Assembly (NCBI GenBank): GCA_038325875.1 | Contig: JBBQJL010000008.1 | Span: 454-64,453 of the forward strand | Source: Candidatus Limnocylindrales bacterium | GTDB lineage: Bacteria; Chloroflexota; Limnocylindria; Limnocylindrales; CSP1-4 | Direction: 5' to 3' | Length of the DNA stretch: 64,000 bases | Shown here: piece after piece, positions 1 to 9,469 of the stretch | How positions within the stretch are numbered: position 1 is the first letter of the stretch | How the letters are laid out: the number at the start of each line of letters is the position of its first letter | Translations under genes and position numbers: made by a program | The notes under the pieces: model-generated | Seen by the model: the letters and a program-made list of their open reading frames with translations, nothing else | Told to the model about the DNA's origin: nothing | Database searches by the model: none

Positions 1-344
1 CGGAGCAGCACCCGGCGCTCATCGGCCAGGGCGGTCCCCAGCCGACCGATCGCATCGAGCGTCTCGGCCATCTCGAGGAACTGGCCGGGCTCCAGCCGAC
101 CGCCCCGCGCCGCCCGCTCGATCCACGGCCCGATGTCGTGGGCCGCCCCGATCCCGACGGTCGATCGCTCCTCGAGCAGGTCCCGGGTCTGGTCGGTCTC
201 ATCGAGCCCGCGCGCCACCACGACGAGGTCGTCCGACGGCCCGATCGACTCGGCCAGGCGACGGCCGGGGGCGAACGCGGTGAGACCGGCCAGACGCTCC
301 CGGATCGCCGGGAACTCGAGTAGCAGGAGGGACTTGTCGTCCAT
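1..344 (-). CDS. mutS2: Endonuclease MutS2, N-terminal part (runs off the window start)
   Basis: Hand translation from ATG 344: MDDKSLLLLEFPAIRERLAGLTAFAPGRRLAESIGPSDDLVVVARGLDET..., typical MutS2 N-terminus; cvpA-mutS2 linkage is common. Confidence 0.8.
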   Translation of the reverse strand, partial: MDDKSLLLLEFPAIRERLAGLTAFAPGRRLAESIGPSDDLVVVARGLDETDQTRDLLEERSTVGIGAAHDIGPWIERAARGGRLEPGQFLEMAETLDAIGRLGTALADERRVLL

Positions 345-360
345 CAGATGACCCTGAGCG

Positions 361-1056
361 TCAACGCTGCGACCCGGGCCCGGACGCCGCTCCGCTGCCC
401 GCGACCACGAACCGCCAGGGCAGGCTCGTCCACGGCTCACCGGCGTAGGTGATGCCGATCCGCGGCGTCGTCACGATCCGGGTCTCCGCCAGGCCGGTGG
501 AGGCAGGCTCGAGTCGGAGGCGGGACGACGGATCGCACAGGTCGAGTCCACCGAGCGACGGGTCCAGCCCGAAGGCTGCGCCGACGAGTCCGGGTCCGGA
601 TGCCAGACGAAAGGCCGGGGTCGATCCGATCCGGTCGGCGTCGCGGCCGACGGCCCGAGGGTCGTCCCGCAGGCGTCGTCGTGCCCTGGCGCGACGCAGT
701 CGGAGGGTCCGCGCAGCGTCGATCCCGGACTCGATCGCGACGGCTCGGATGAGGACCGCAGCCGGGCGGCCGGGCGGCTCGGTCACGACGTTGAGACAGG
801 TATGCATGCCATACACAAGGTACAGGTAGGCGTGACCTGGGTCCTGGTACATCACGGCATTGCGGGCCGTCCGGCCGAACCGCGCATGTGAGGCGCGATC
901 ATCCTCGCCGATGTACGCCTCGACCTCGACGATCCGTCCGGCGATCCGCCCGACCGTCGGGTCGTCCGCCACGAGGTGGCTGCCGATAAGTGCCCGCGCC
1001 GCCGCCAGCGTCGAGCCGGCCAGCAACTCGCGATCGAGCGTCGAGGGTCGGCTCAG
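361..1056 (-). CDS. mpg: DNA-3-methyladenine glycosylase (AAG/MPG family)
   Basis: GRIVEVEAYIG, YLYLVYGMHTCLNVV, AVLIRA, TPRIGI, PWRF motifs; start uncertain (TTG 1026 or CTG 1056). Confidence 0.9.
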   Translation of the reverse strand: MSRPSTLDRELLAGSTLAAARALIGSHLVADDPTVGRIAGRIVEVEAYIGEDDRASHARFGRTARNAVMYQDPGHAYLYLVYGMHTCLNVVTEPPGRPAAVLIRAVAIESGIDAARTLRLRRARARRRLRDDPRAVGRDADRIGSTPAFRLASGPGLVGAAFGLDPSLGGLDLCDPSSRLRLEPASTGLAETRIVTTPRIGITYAGEPWTSLPWRFVVAGSGAASGPGSQR

Positions 1057-1637
1057 GAGCGCGGGAAGAGGGCGCGGATGTCGGACGGTACGAGCGGGCC
1101 GGTGATCGCCACGAAGACCGGGATCAGGGTGCCGCGGAAGACCGCCGCCGTGCCCGACGCATTGACCGCACCGTACAGGTCCTTGAGCAGCATGACCTGC
1201 TGGTCGCCGATCCCGATCGGCAGCCGGAAGAACGAGTCAAGGATGGCGATCCCGCAGCCGACGATCAGGAGCGCCTCGAACACACCAAGGACCCCGCCGA
1301 GCAGCTCGTCCACGATCGGCCATTTGGCCAGGATCGGTGTCCGCTTGTAGAACGACTCGATGACGATGGCGAAGATCACCGAGCTCAGGATGAACATGAT
1401 CCCGAACGCGAGCATGTACGAGTACTCGCGCGGGAACTGAGTCCAGCTGTCGGCCAGGAAACTGCCCAGGCTGTCGCGCAGGTTGGCCGCCAGCAGGAAT
1501 GAGAAGGCGATCGAGGCGATCCCCAGCAACCGCCGGATCACCCCCTGGGCGAAGCCCAGCACGAACATCAGGACGCACAAGCCGATGACCAGCCAGTCGA
1601 AGGCGGCGGTGTTGGTGATCGTCTGGACGATGTCCAC
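1053..1637 (-). CDS. cvpA: CvpA (colicin V production) family membrane protein
   Basis: D-hydrophobic-GFxQG start, four TM segments, DELLGGVLG motif. Confidence 0.8.
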   Translation of the reverse strand: MDIVQTITNTAAFDWLVIGLCVLMFVLGFAQGVIRRLLGIASIAFSFLLAANLRDSLGSFLADSWTQFPREYSYMLAFGIMFILSSVIFAIVIESFYKRTPILAKWPIVDELLGGVLGVFEALLIVGCGIAILDSFFRLPIGIGDQQVMLLKDLYGAVNASGTAAVFRGTLIPVFVAITGPLVPSDIRALFPRS

Positions 1638-1736
1638 GCAGTCTCCTAAGACGGATCGAGACTCGCCCAGGCCGTGCCCATCGCGAGGCGGCGCAAGGGT
1701 ACCGCGTGACTATCGGCCCAACAAGCAGGACGATAG

Positions 1737-4253
1737 TCAGGTGCGCAGGTGCGCCCCGAGTCCGGCGGCCAGGGCGGATGTGATCGCACCGAGCTCGACG
1801 TCGATCTCCGAGTCGGTCAGCGTCCGGTCCGCGGCCTGGAAGACGAGGCGCTCGGCGAGGCTCTTCTCCCCCGCGCCGAGGGGAGTGCCGCGATACACGT
1901 CGAACAGGTGGACATCGACCAGGAGCGCGCCCGCGGCAGCCCGGATGACCGCATCGACCGCGCTTGCCGCCACCGACTCACCGACGACGACAGCGAGGTC
2001 TCGCGCGACCGCCGGGTGACGGACGATCGGCACCACCTTGACCACCGGGAGCTGGCCGTGGGTCAACCCCGCGATCGACAGCTCGGCGACGATCAACCGA
2101 TCGACCCGGATGTCCCATCGTTCGGCCAGCAAGGGGTGGAGCTCGCCGATCCGACCGCTCAGGCCGACCCGCCCGTCGTCGGTGCGAGCCAGAACCGAGG
2201 CGGCCCGACCGGGATGAAGAACAGGCTCATCGGTCAACGGCGTCCAGGCCGGCCGGCCGAACCCGAACCGGGCCGCCAGCAGCTCGACCAGACCCTTGAT
2301 GTCGTCGACGTCTGCCACGCGGCCGGGGCGGTTCCAGGCGACCGGCTCACGATTCCCGGCCAGGCCGATCGCCAGGCGCCACCACTCGGACGGGACCCCA
2401 TCCGTGCGACCGTAGCCTTTGCCGATCTCGAACAGGGCCAGGTCCGACCGACCGTTGCGGGCATTCGTCGAGACGATGTCGGCGAGGGTTGCCAGGAGGC
2501 CCCGGCGCATCACCGAGTGATCGGGTGCGATTGGGTTGACGATGGCGATGGGCGACCCTTCGGCGGAGCCCTCGCCATCGGCCGGTTCCGCCGTCGAGGA
2601 CCAGGCGAACGCCTCCAGATGCCGCTGCGAGACGAGAGCGTGGGTCACGATCTCGGTCACGCCAGCCCCGACGAGGGTCTCCCGGACGGCGTCCCGCAGC
2701 GCGAGTGGACTGGGGCTCCAGACCGGCGGGACCGTGTCCGGGAGGGTCGGCGGGATCGACTCGTAGCCGTGCACCCGGGCGACCTCCTCCGCGATGTCGC
2801 CTTCGATGGCGAGATCGCGCCGCCAGGTCGGGATGGTCGCGATCAGTGCGTTTCCCGCGGGGGCGACGACGGCGTACGGGTCCGCTCCGCCGGCGACCTC
2901 GATGCGCACCTCGCCGGACGCGGCGACAGTGTCGATCCCGGCCCGGGCAAGTACGCGGCGTTGGCCCTCCGGGTCGAGATCGAGACCGAGCAGGCGGACG
3001 ACCCGAGCCGGCCGGAACGCGACGGTCAGCTCGGCGGGCTCGTCCGGTGCACTATCGACCCGGCCGACGGCGAGGCTGCCGCCGGCCCAGTCGAGGATGA
3101 GCTGCGCGCAGCGGTCGGCGCCGATCCTGGCCATCCGCGTCTCCTGCCCCTTCTCGAAGCGCAGGCTGGCCTCCGATCGCAGCCCATAGCGCTGGCCAGT
3201 CCGGCGGATGCTGATCGGATCGAAGATGGCGGACTCGACGATGACCGCCGTGGTGCCGTCCGAGATCTCGCTCGAGACGCTGCCCATCACGCCAGCGATG
3301 CCGATCGGCCCGTTCGCGTCGGCGATGATCAGGGTGTCCTCGTCCAGCGTCCGAGCGACGTGGTCGAGGGTCTCCAGCCGCTCTCCGGCGCTGGCCCGCC
3401 GGACGACGATCCGGGCCTGACCGTCACGTTCTCGTGCGACCGCGGCGGCGTCGAACGTGTGGATCGGCTTGCCCAGCTCGAGCATCACGTAGTTGCTGGC
3501 ATCGACGACGTTGCTGACCGGACGCATCCCGGCGGCCAGCAGACGCGCCTGGACGGTTCGCGGCGAGGGACCTATCCGGACATCGCTCAGCCAGCGTCCG
3601 ACGAACCGCGGACACAGCCCCGGCTCGACGACGGTCACGGCCAGGCGCGCGGTGGTGGGATCGGCCGGGTCCTCGAGCAGCTCGATGACGGGCGGTCGGA
3701 CCGGGGCGCCGGTCACGATCGAGATCTCGCGGGCCAGGCCGAGGATCGACAGGGCGTCGCCGCGGTTGGGCTTCACGTCGATGTCCAGGACGATGTCACC
3801 GAACAGGTCCGCCAACGGGGTGCCGAGCGGAGTGTCGGCCGGCAGGATGAGGATCCCGTCGGCATCGGCGGTCAGCTGGAGCTCGTCGCCGGAGCAGAGC
3901 ATGCCGTTGCTGACGACGCCCATCTTGTCGGTCCGCTCGATCTGTCGACCGCCGGGCAGGACGGCGCCGGGCAGGGCGACCGGTATTCGTTGGCCGACGG
4001 CGATGTTGGTGGCGCCGCACACGATCTCGAGTGGCTCGCCGGCGCCCACGGTCACCCGGGTCAGTGACAGGCGGTCCGCTCGCGGATGCTTGTCCACCGC
4101 CAGCAGCTCGCCGACCACGACGTTCGTCCAGTCCGTTCCCCGTCGCTCGATGCCCTTGACCTCCATCCCGAGCATCGTCAGCTGCTCGGCGAGACGCTGC
4201 GGCTCGAGATCGACGTCGATGTAGTCGCGCAGCCAGGACAGGGGCACCCTCAT
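1737..4253 (-). CDS. pheT: Phenylalanine--tRNA ligase beta subunit
   Basis: MRVPLSWLRDY, IVCGATN, PNRGDALS, EASLRFEKG, C-terminal FDX-ACB domain (LFDVYRG...KSLA). Confidence 0.97.
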   Translation of the reverse strand: MRVPLSWLRDYIDVDLEPQRLAEQLTMLGMEVKGIERRGTDWTNVVVGELLAVDKHPRADRLSLTRVTVGAGEPLEIVCGATNIAVGQRIPVALPGAVLPGGRQIERTDKMGVVSNGMLCSGDELQLTADADGILILPADTPLGTPLADLFGDIVLDIDVKPNRGDALSILGLAREISIVTGAPVRPPVIELLEDPADPTTARLAVTVVEPGLCPRFVGRWLSDVRIGPSPRTVQARLLAAGMRPVSNVVDASNYVMLELGKPIHTFDAAAVARERDGQARIVVRRASAGERLETLDHVARTLDEDTLIIADANGPIGIAGVMGSVSSEISDGTTAVIVESAIFDPISIRRTGQRYGLRSEASLRFEKGQETRMARIGADRCAQLILDWAGGSLAVGRVDSAPDEPAELTVAFRPARVVRLLGLDLDPEGQRRVLARAGIDTVAASGEVRIEVAGGADPYAVVAPAGNALIATIPTWRRDLAIEGDIAEEVARVHGYESIPPTLPDTVPPVWSPSPLALRDAVRETLVGAGVTEIVTHALVSQRHLEAFAWSSTAEPADGEGSAEGSPIAIVNPIAPDHSVMRRGLLATLADIVSTNARNGRSDLALFEIGKGYGRTDGVPSEWWRLAIGLAGNREPVAWNRPGRVADVDDIKGLVELLAARFGFGRPAWTPLTDEPVLHPGRAASVLARTDDGRVGLSGRIGELHPLLAERWDIRVDRLIVAELSIAGLTHGQLPVVKVVPIVRHPAVARDLAVVVGESVAASAVDAVIRAAAGALLVDVHLFDVYRGTPLGAGEKSLAERLVFQAADRTLTDSEIDVELGAITSALAAGLGAHLRT

Positions 4254-4324
4254 CGGAACTGGCCGAGGAACCGGAACTCACCCTTTATGAACTGGTGCAA
4301 GTCGGCGATCGCGTCCATAAGCAT
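4250..4324 (-). repeat. Diverged copy of the pheS 3' end forming a 24-aa mini-ORF overlapping the pheT start
   Basis: MLMDAIADLHQFIKGEFRFLGQFR* vs PheS tail MLKHGITDLRLFLDDDLRFLSQFR* (12/24 aa, 56/75 nt, ungapped); GAGGT RBS 6 nt upstream; TGA overlaps pheT ATG. Confidence 0.75.
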
Positions 4325-4386
4325 ACCGGTACCTCGACCAGAGGTCGCCCATTCGGCCAACCAGACGGCGTCTGCTCCTGACCTCA

Positions 4387-4809
4387 TTAGCACTGCGGAT
4401 TGCCACTCCCGAGAGTGTCGGTCCCGTCGCGGTTCCAGAGCGAGACCCCCGCAGCTGCGTCGGCGCGGATCGGGCGGAGGCCGTTCATCTGGAGGGTCGA
4501 GCCGGTCGCGGTGGCCTTCCCAGCGCCGGCCGCGGCGATCACGACGCTGCACCAGAAGGCGTCGGCCTGCGCTTCGGTGGAGCCCGGCTTCAGGTACACA
4601 TTGACCCTTGCGGGATCGAGGAAGTTCGCCGAAATGTAGTCGACATGGTCGATGAGGTCCGAGCCCGATCCCCGGATCGCATCGGCGACCGACTGGCTCG
4701 GACCACCCTCCGCAGTACCAAAGATGGGAACGCAGCCTGCGAGGCTGATCAGTACCGCGGCGATCGCAACAACCTGGGTCGCGCGGAGTGTGCGGCAGGT
4801 TTGCATCAT
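4387..4809 (-). CDS. Hypothetical lipoprotein between pheS and pheT
   Basis: ATG overlaps pheS TGA (ATGA); basic N-region, hydrophobic stretch and LAGC lipobox; 140 aa. Confidence 0.7.
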   Translation of the reverse strand: MMQTCRTLRATQVVAIAAVLISLAGCVPIFGTAEGGPSQSVADAIRGSGSDLIDHVDYISANFLDPARVNVYLKPGSTEAQADAFWCSVVIAAAGAGKATATGSTLQMNGLRPIRADAAAGVSLWNRDGTDTLGSGNPQC

Positions 4810-5846
4810 CGGAACTGGCTGAGGAAGCGCAGGTCGTCGTCCAGGAACAGGCGCAGGTCGGTGATCCCGTGCTTGAGCATCTTCATCCGCTCGGGACCCA
4901 TCCCGAAGGCGAAGCCCTGGTAGCGCTCCGGATCGAGCCCACCCGCGCGGAGCACGACCGGGTGGACCATCCCCGCGCCGAGGATGGTCATCCAGCCCGT
5001 CCGCGCGCAGGCCGGACAGCCGACGCCGCCGCACACCAGGCACTCGACGTCGAGCGCCACCGACGGCTCGGTGAACGGGTAGTAGCCAGGCCGGAATCGG
5101 GTCTTCCGGCCAGGCCCGAACATCGCCCGGGCGAACTCGTCGAGCAGGCCGCGCAGGTCGCCCATCGTGGTTCCCTCGTCGACCATCAGGCCCTCGACCT
5201 GGAAGAACTCGAAGCCATGCGACGCGTCGACAGCCTCATACCGGAAGCAGCGACCCGGGAGCAACGCCCGGATGGGCGGTGCCGTGGAGCGCATCACCCG
5301 GATCTGGCCGGGCGAGGTATGGGTCCGCAGGAGGTAGCCCGGCAGGTCGACGTAGAGGGTGTCCCACAAGTCCCGGGCCGGATGGTCCGGTGGGATGTTG
5401 AGGAGCTGGAAGTTGGTGACGTCGTCCTCGATCTCCGGTGACTCGAAGACGGTGAACCCGAACCTGGCGAAGATGTCGGCGATCTCGCCCATCGCCTCCA
5501 GGCTGGGATGGAACGTCCCTCGGGCGACCGGTCGTCCGGGCGTGGTCAGGTCGATCGCCTCGCTGGCAAGGCGGGCATCGAGCGCGCCGGCATGGAGGAC
5601 GACGTCGCGCTCGGCGAAGGCAGTCTCGATCGCCTGGCGGATGGGGTTCGCGACGGCGCCGATCTTCGGGCGGTCTTCGGCCGGGAGGGCGCCGATCCCG
5701 CGCGAGACGAGGGTCAGCCTGCCCTTCTTGCCGAGGATGTCCACCTCGAGGAGCTGCAGGGCGGCCCGGTCGGGCGCCGCAGCGATGGCGCCGAGCGCGT
5801 CGTCGCGGAGCGCCTGGAGGTCTCGGGTGAGGTCGGCCAGGTCCAC
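4806..5846 (-). CDS. pheS: Phenylalanine--tRNA ligase alpha subunit
   Basis: HPARDLWDT, LRTHTS, FFQVEGL, YPFTEPS, GFAFGMGPER; GTG 5846 chosen as start. Confidence 0.97.
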   Translation of the reverse strand: MDLADLTRDLQALRDDALGAIAAAPDRAALQLLEVDILGKKGRLTLVSRGIGALPAEDRPKIGAVANPIRQAIETAFAERDVVLHAGALDARLASEAIDLTTPGRPVARGTFHPSLEAMGEIADIFARFGFTVFESPEIEDDVTNFQLLNIPPDHPARDLWDTLYVDLPGYLLRTHTSPGQIRVMRSTAPPIRALLPGRCFRYEAVDASHGFEFFQVEGLMVDEGTTMGDLRGLLDEFARAMFGPGRKTRFRPGYYPFTEPSVALDVECLVCGGVGCPACARTGWMTILGAGMVHPVVLRAGGLDPERYQGFAFGMGPERMKMLKHGITDLRLFLDDDLRFLSQFR

Positions 5847-5856
5847 CGGGCGCGAT

Positions 5857-6207
5857 CTAGGCGGTGCGCGCGGCCTCGGCGATCTTCCCGAAGGTCGCGG
5901 CATCGCGGACGGCAAGGTCGGCGAGGATCTTGCGGTCGATCGCGATGTCCGCCCGCTTCAGTCCGGAGATGAAGGCGCCGTAGGTCAGACCGTTGAGTCG
6001 CGCAGCCGCGTTGATCCGGACGATCCACAGCTCGCGCATCTGGCGCTTGCGCTGCTTCCGGTCCCGGGTCGCGTAGGCGAGCGCGTGGAGGGTCGCCTCG
6101 CGCGCCGGCTTGATCAGGCGCGACTTGGTACCCTTCCGGCCCTCAGCGGCGTTCAGGAGGCGCTTGTGGCGCTTGTGGGCCGTGACGCCCCGCTTGACTC
6201 GTGCCAT
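5857..6207 (-). CDS. rplT: 50S ribosomal protein L20
   Basis: MARVKRGV...[23 protein letters not shown]...[10 protein letters not shown]. Confidence 0.98.
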   Translation of the reverse strand: MARVKRGVTAHKRHKRLLNAAEGRKGTKSRLIKPAREATLHALAYATRDRKQRKRQMRELWIVRINAAARLNGLTYGAFISGLKRADIAIDRKILADLAVRDAATFGKIAEAARTA

Positions 6208-6222
6208 GAGGTGAGTGTGCTC

Positions 6223-6426
6223 CTACTTGCCGAGGTACGGGAGCAGGCGGCGGACCTGCTTCGCATGCTCGGTCCCGATGATCGTCTTGCCGGCGTAACG
6301 TCGGGTCCGACGCGACGACTTGATCTCGAGGTGGTGGCCACGCCAGCTGTTGACCCGGTACGCCTTGCCGCCGCCGGTCACGCCGATCCGCTTGGCGGCC
6401 GCCTTGTGCGTCTTCATCTTTGGCAC
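6223..6426 (-). CDS. rpmI: 50S ribosomal protein L35
   Basis: (V/M)PKMKTHKAAAKR...LLPY; lies between infC and rplT. Confidence 0.95.
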   Translation of the reverse strand: MPKMKTHKAAAKRIGVTGGGKAYRVNSWRGHHLEIKSSRRTRRYAGKTIIGTEHAKQVRRLLPYLGK

Positions 6427-6433
6427 GGTCGCC

Positions 6434-7480
6434 TCACTCTCCCGCTGAAGCCGGGGCGGGCGCCCCTGACTCGGTCGTCTTCCTGATCCGGGCCGGCCTT
6501 GGCGCCGGTTTGGTCTCGGCGGCGGCCACCGTGGCCGGGCCGTCGTTCGTGGCAGTCTTCGGTGGCGCCTTCGCTCGCGCTGTCTTCGGTCCGGCGGCCG
6601 GACTCGCCGGTGCCTTCGCAACGCCCACCGTCACGGACGGCTTCGCGGCCGTCTTCGGCAGTGCTTCGGTCGGCGCCACCACAGCGGCCGCCTCCGGAGC
6701 AGCCTCCGTCGGTGCCGGGGCGGTGGTGGTCGGGACGACGGCCTCAGATGGTACTTCGACTTCGGCCGGTTCCGCAGGCGCAGCCTGAGTGGGGACTGCG
6801 GCAGCGACTTGCCTTGCGCCTGGAGCCGGAGCGTCGGCGGCCGGTATCGGAGCGGGGGCGGCCGGAGCTTGAACCGCGTCGGTCGTGGTGGACGGCTCGA
6901 CGTCCGCTTCGGTTGGCGCGGTCGCATCGAGTTCGGTCGGGTGTTTCGACACGTGCTCGATGACCTTGGGTTTGTGCGTCGACGCCACCGTGATGTGCAT
7001 CGACTTGCCTTCGAGGAGCGGTGCTCGCTCGACCGCGCCGTGGTCCTTGATCTGCTCGGCGAACTTCGCCAGGAGGGCTCGTCCGATCTCCGGGTGGGTC
7101 AGCTCTCGACCGCGGAACTGGACGGCGACCTTGATCCGATCCCCTTCCTCGAGGAACTGGATCGCCCGACGGACCTTGGTGTCGAAGTCGCCCACGCCGA
7201 TCTTCGGCTTGAGCCGGACTTCCTTGAACGTCACGGAGCGCTGCTTCCGCTTGGCTTCCTTGTCCCGCTTCGTCAGCTCGTACTTGTACTGCCCGAAGTC
7301 GAGGAACTTGACCACCGGCGGTGACGCCATGGGCGCCACCTCGACGAGGTCCAACCCCCGTTCCTGCGCCATCTCAAGGGCCTGCGGCGTCGGCATGACG
7401 CCCAGCTGGGCTCCTTCTTCATCCACGACCCGGACCTGGGGGATCCGGATCATCTGGTTGATGCGCAGGTCTCGGCTGAT
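6434..7480 (-). CDS. infC: Translation initiation factor IF-3 with long Ala/Pro/Thr-rich C-terminal extension
   Basis: RINQMIRIPQVRVV, LDLVEVAP, DFGQYKYE, FRGRE; probable ATC start at 7480 behind an AAGGGG RBS. Confidence 0.93.
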   Translation of the reverse strand: MSRDLRINQMIRIPQVRVVDEEGAQLGVMPTPQALEMAQERGLDLVEVAPMASPPVVKFLDFGQYKYELTKRDKEAKRKQRSVTFKEVRLKPKIGVGDFDTKVRRAIQFLEEGDRIKVAVQFRGRELTHPEIGRALLAKFAEQIKDHGAVERAPLLEGKSMHITVASTHKPKVIEHVSKHPTELDATAPTEADVEPSTTTDAVQAPAAPAPIPAADAPAPGARQVAAAVPTQAAPAEPAEVEVPSEAVVPTTTAPAPTEAAPEAAAVVAPTEALPKTAAKPSVTVGVAKAPASPAAGPKTARAKAPPKTATNDGPATVAAAETKPAPRPARIRKTTESGAPAPASAGE

Positions 7481-7559
7481 GGTCGAACCCCTTCGTGCGT
7501 GCTCTGGCGGTGGCTGACGCTCGCGCAGGCGCAGTCCGGCCCGGCCGAGGTCGCAGGCG

Positions 7560-7589
7560 AGGATAGCACAGGGGTTCAGCGGCGGCCAA
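7560..7589 (-). promoter_or_regulatory. Putative sigma70 promoter for infC-rpmI-rplT
   Basis: TTGGCC-18 nt-TATCCT with extended TGn on the minus strand. Confidence 0.45.
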
Positions 7590-7614
7590 TCAGGACCCCG
7601 CGTCCAGGCGCCGG

Positions 7615-9450
7615 TCAGAGCTGGCGCGATGCGGCCTCGGCGGCGAGGCGGTCGGCCAGGGCTTCCCAGGGGATCGCCTCCTGCTGCTCGCCGCGAGCCG
7701 CGTCCCTGGGTCGCGCGGCCACCGACCGCGCTTCCACTTCCCGGTCGCCGAGGACCAGCATGTACGGAACCTTCTGCTCCTGGGCAAGGCGGATCTTGTT
7801 CTGCATCCGGTTGTCCGACTCGTCGACCTCGACCCAGAGCCCCCTCGCCCCGAGGATGCCGGCCAGCTCGGCAGCGGCCGGGATGTGGCGGTCGGCGATC
7901 GGGATGATGACCGCCTGGACCGGCGCCAACCAGAGCGGGAAGGCACCGGCGAAGTGCTCGACCAGGATCCCGATGAAGCGTTCGAGCGAGCCGTAGATCG
8001 CCCGATGGATGGCGATCGGGCGCTGCGGCTGGCCGTGCTCGTCGATGTAGGTCAGGTCGAATCGCTCGGGCAACATGACCAGATCCGCCTGGATGGTCGC
8101 CATCTGCCACTCGCGGCCGAGCGCATCGTCGATGTAGATGTCGATCTTCGGCGCATAGAACGTGCCATCTTTGGGCTTGACCACGTAGGCGCCCTCGGCA
8201 CGATCGAGGGCGGTCTTGATGAACGCCTCGGCCCGTTCCCACAACGCCGGATCGCCGAGGGCCTTGTCCGGCCGGGTGGCGAAAGCGAAGCGGGGTTCGA
8301 GACCGAACCAGCCGTACGCCTCGCGGACCTCGCCGAGCATCGCCTCGATCTCGTCGATCAGCTGGTCGGGACGGACGTAGACGTGGGCGTCGTCCTGGAT
8401 GAACTGGCGGACCCGGGTGAGGCCGGACAGCGTGCCCGAACGCTCGTTGCGATGGAGGCGACCGTACTCATTGAGCCGGAGCGGCAGGTCCCGGTACGAG
8501 CGGATCCTGGAGCGGTAGATGAAGGTCGACTCAGGGCAGTTCATCGGCTTGAGGCTGAACGTATGGCCCTCGGCCTCGAGCTTGAACATGTTGTCGTCGT
8601 AGTGGCCCCAGTGGCCCGACTGCTCCCAGAGCTTCTTGTCGACCAGGATCGGCGTGCTGATCTCCTGGTAGCCGCGCCGTTCCTGGAGTTCGCGCATCGC
8701 GCCCTCGAGGGTTCGCCAGATGCGCTGGCCCTTGGCGTGCCAGAAGGCCGAGCCGGGCGACACGTCGTGGAAGCTGTACAGGTCGAGCTGGACGCCCAGC
8801 CGGCGATGGTCGCGCTTCTTGGCCTCGGCCCGCCGCCACAGGTAGGCATCGAGCTGCTCCTGGCTCGCCCAGACCGTGCCGTAGATCCGCTGGAGCATCG
8901 GCCGCTTCTCGTCGCCCCGCCAGTAGGCGCCGGCCACGCTGAGCAGCTTGTACGGTCCGATCCGACCGGTGCTGGCCACGTGCGGGCCCTTGCACAGGTC
9001 GATGAACGGACCGTGGGCGAAGGTGGACGTCGGCGGCATCGGCTGGCCGCTGGCAGCCGACTTCGCGGCGAGGTCGTCCAGGATCTCGACCTTGAACGGC
9101 TGGTCGCGCTCGACGAAGAACGACCGACCCTCGGCCGGTGAGAACTCGCGCCGGACGATCGGGTGATCCGCGGCGATGCTCGACGCCATCCGGGCCTCGA
9201 TCGCAGCGAGGTCGTCGGGGGTAAGCGGGCGGGCCAGTTCGAAGTCGTAGTAGAAGCCATCGGCGATGGCCGGGCCGATCCCGAGCTTCGTCCCCGGGAA
9301 GAGGTCCATCACGGCCTCGGCCATGACGTGCGCGGCGGAGTGCCGCATCGGCCCCAGCTCGTCGGCGGCGCCCGCATCGAGGAGCTCGTCGGCCGAGCCC
9401 CGTTCGGGCGCCTCGAGGAAGTCCTCCTCGTCGTGCACCTGGTTGGTCAT
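7615..9450 (-). CDS. thrS: Threonine--tRNA ligase
   Basis: RHSAAHVMAEA, DLCKGPHV, RDHRRLG, LKPMNCP, IHRAIYGSLERF; ATG 9450 behind GGAGGT. Confidence 0.97.
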   Translation of the reverse strand: MTNQVHDEEDFLEAPERGSADELLDAGAADELGPMRHSAAHVMAEAVMDLFPGTKLGIGPAIADGFYYDFELARPLTPDDLAAIEARMASSIAADHPIVRREFSPAEGRSFFVERDQPFKVEILDDLAAKSAASGQPMPPTSTFAHGPFIDLCKGPHVASTGRIGPYKLLSVAGAYWRGDEKRPMLQRIYGTVWASQEQLDAYLWRRAEAKKRDHRRLGVQLDLYSFHDVSPGSAFWHAKGQRIWRTLEGAMRELQERRGYQEISTPILVDKKLWEQSGHWGHYDDNMFKLEAEGHTFSLKPMNCPESTFIYRSRIRSYRDLPLRLNEYGRLHRNERSGTLSGLTRVRQFIQDDAHVYVRPDQLIDEIEAMLGEVREAYGWFGLEPRFAFATRPDKALGDPALWERAEAFIKTALDRAEGAYVVKPKDGTFYAPKIDIYIDDALGREWQMATIQADLVMLPERFDLTYIDEHGQPQRPIAIHRAIYGSLERFIGILVEHFAGAFPLWLAPVQAVIIPIADRHIPAAAELAGILGARGLWVEVDESDNRMQNKIRLAQEQKVPYMLVLGDREVEARSVAARPRDAARGEQQEAIPWEALADRLAAEAASRQL

Positions 9451-9469
9451 CGTCATACCTCCGCGAATC

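Noticed and set aside
1749-4067. Long antisense ORFs (772 aa here; also 16969-18834, 55485-57617 and many others)
   Set aside because: Shadow frames of real high-GC genes on the opposite strand, with no recognisable motifs
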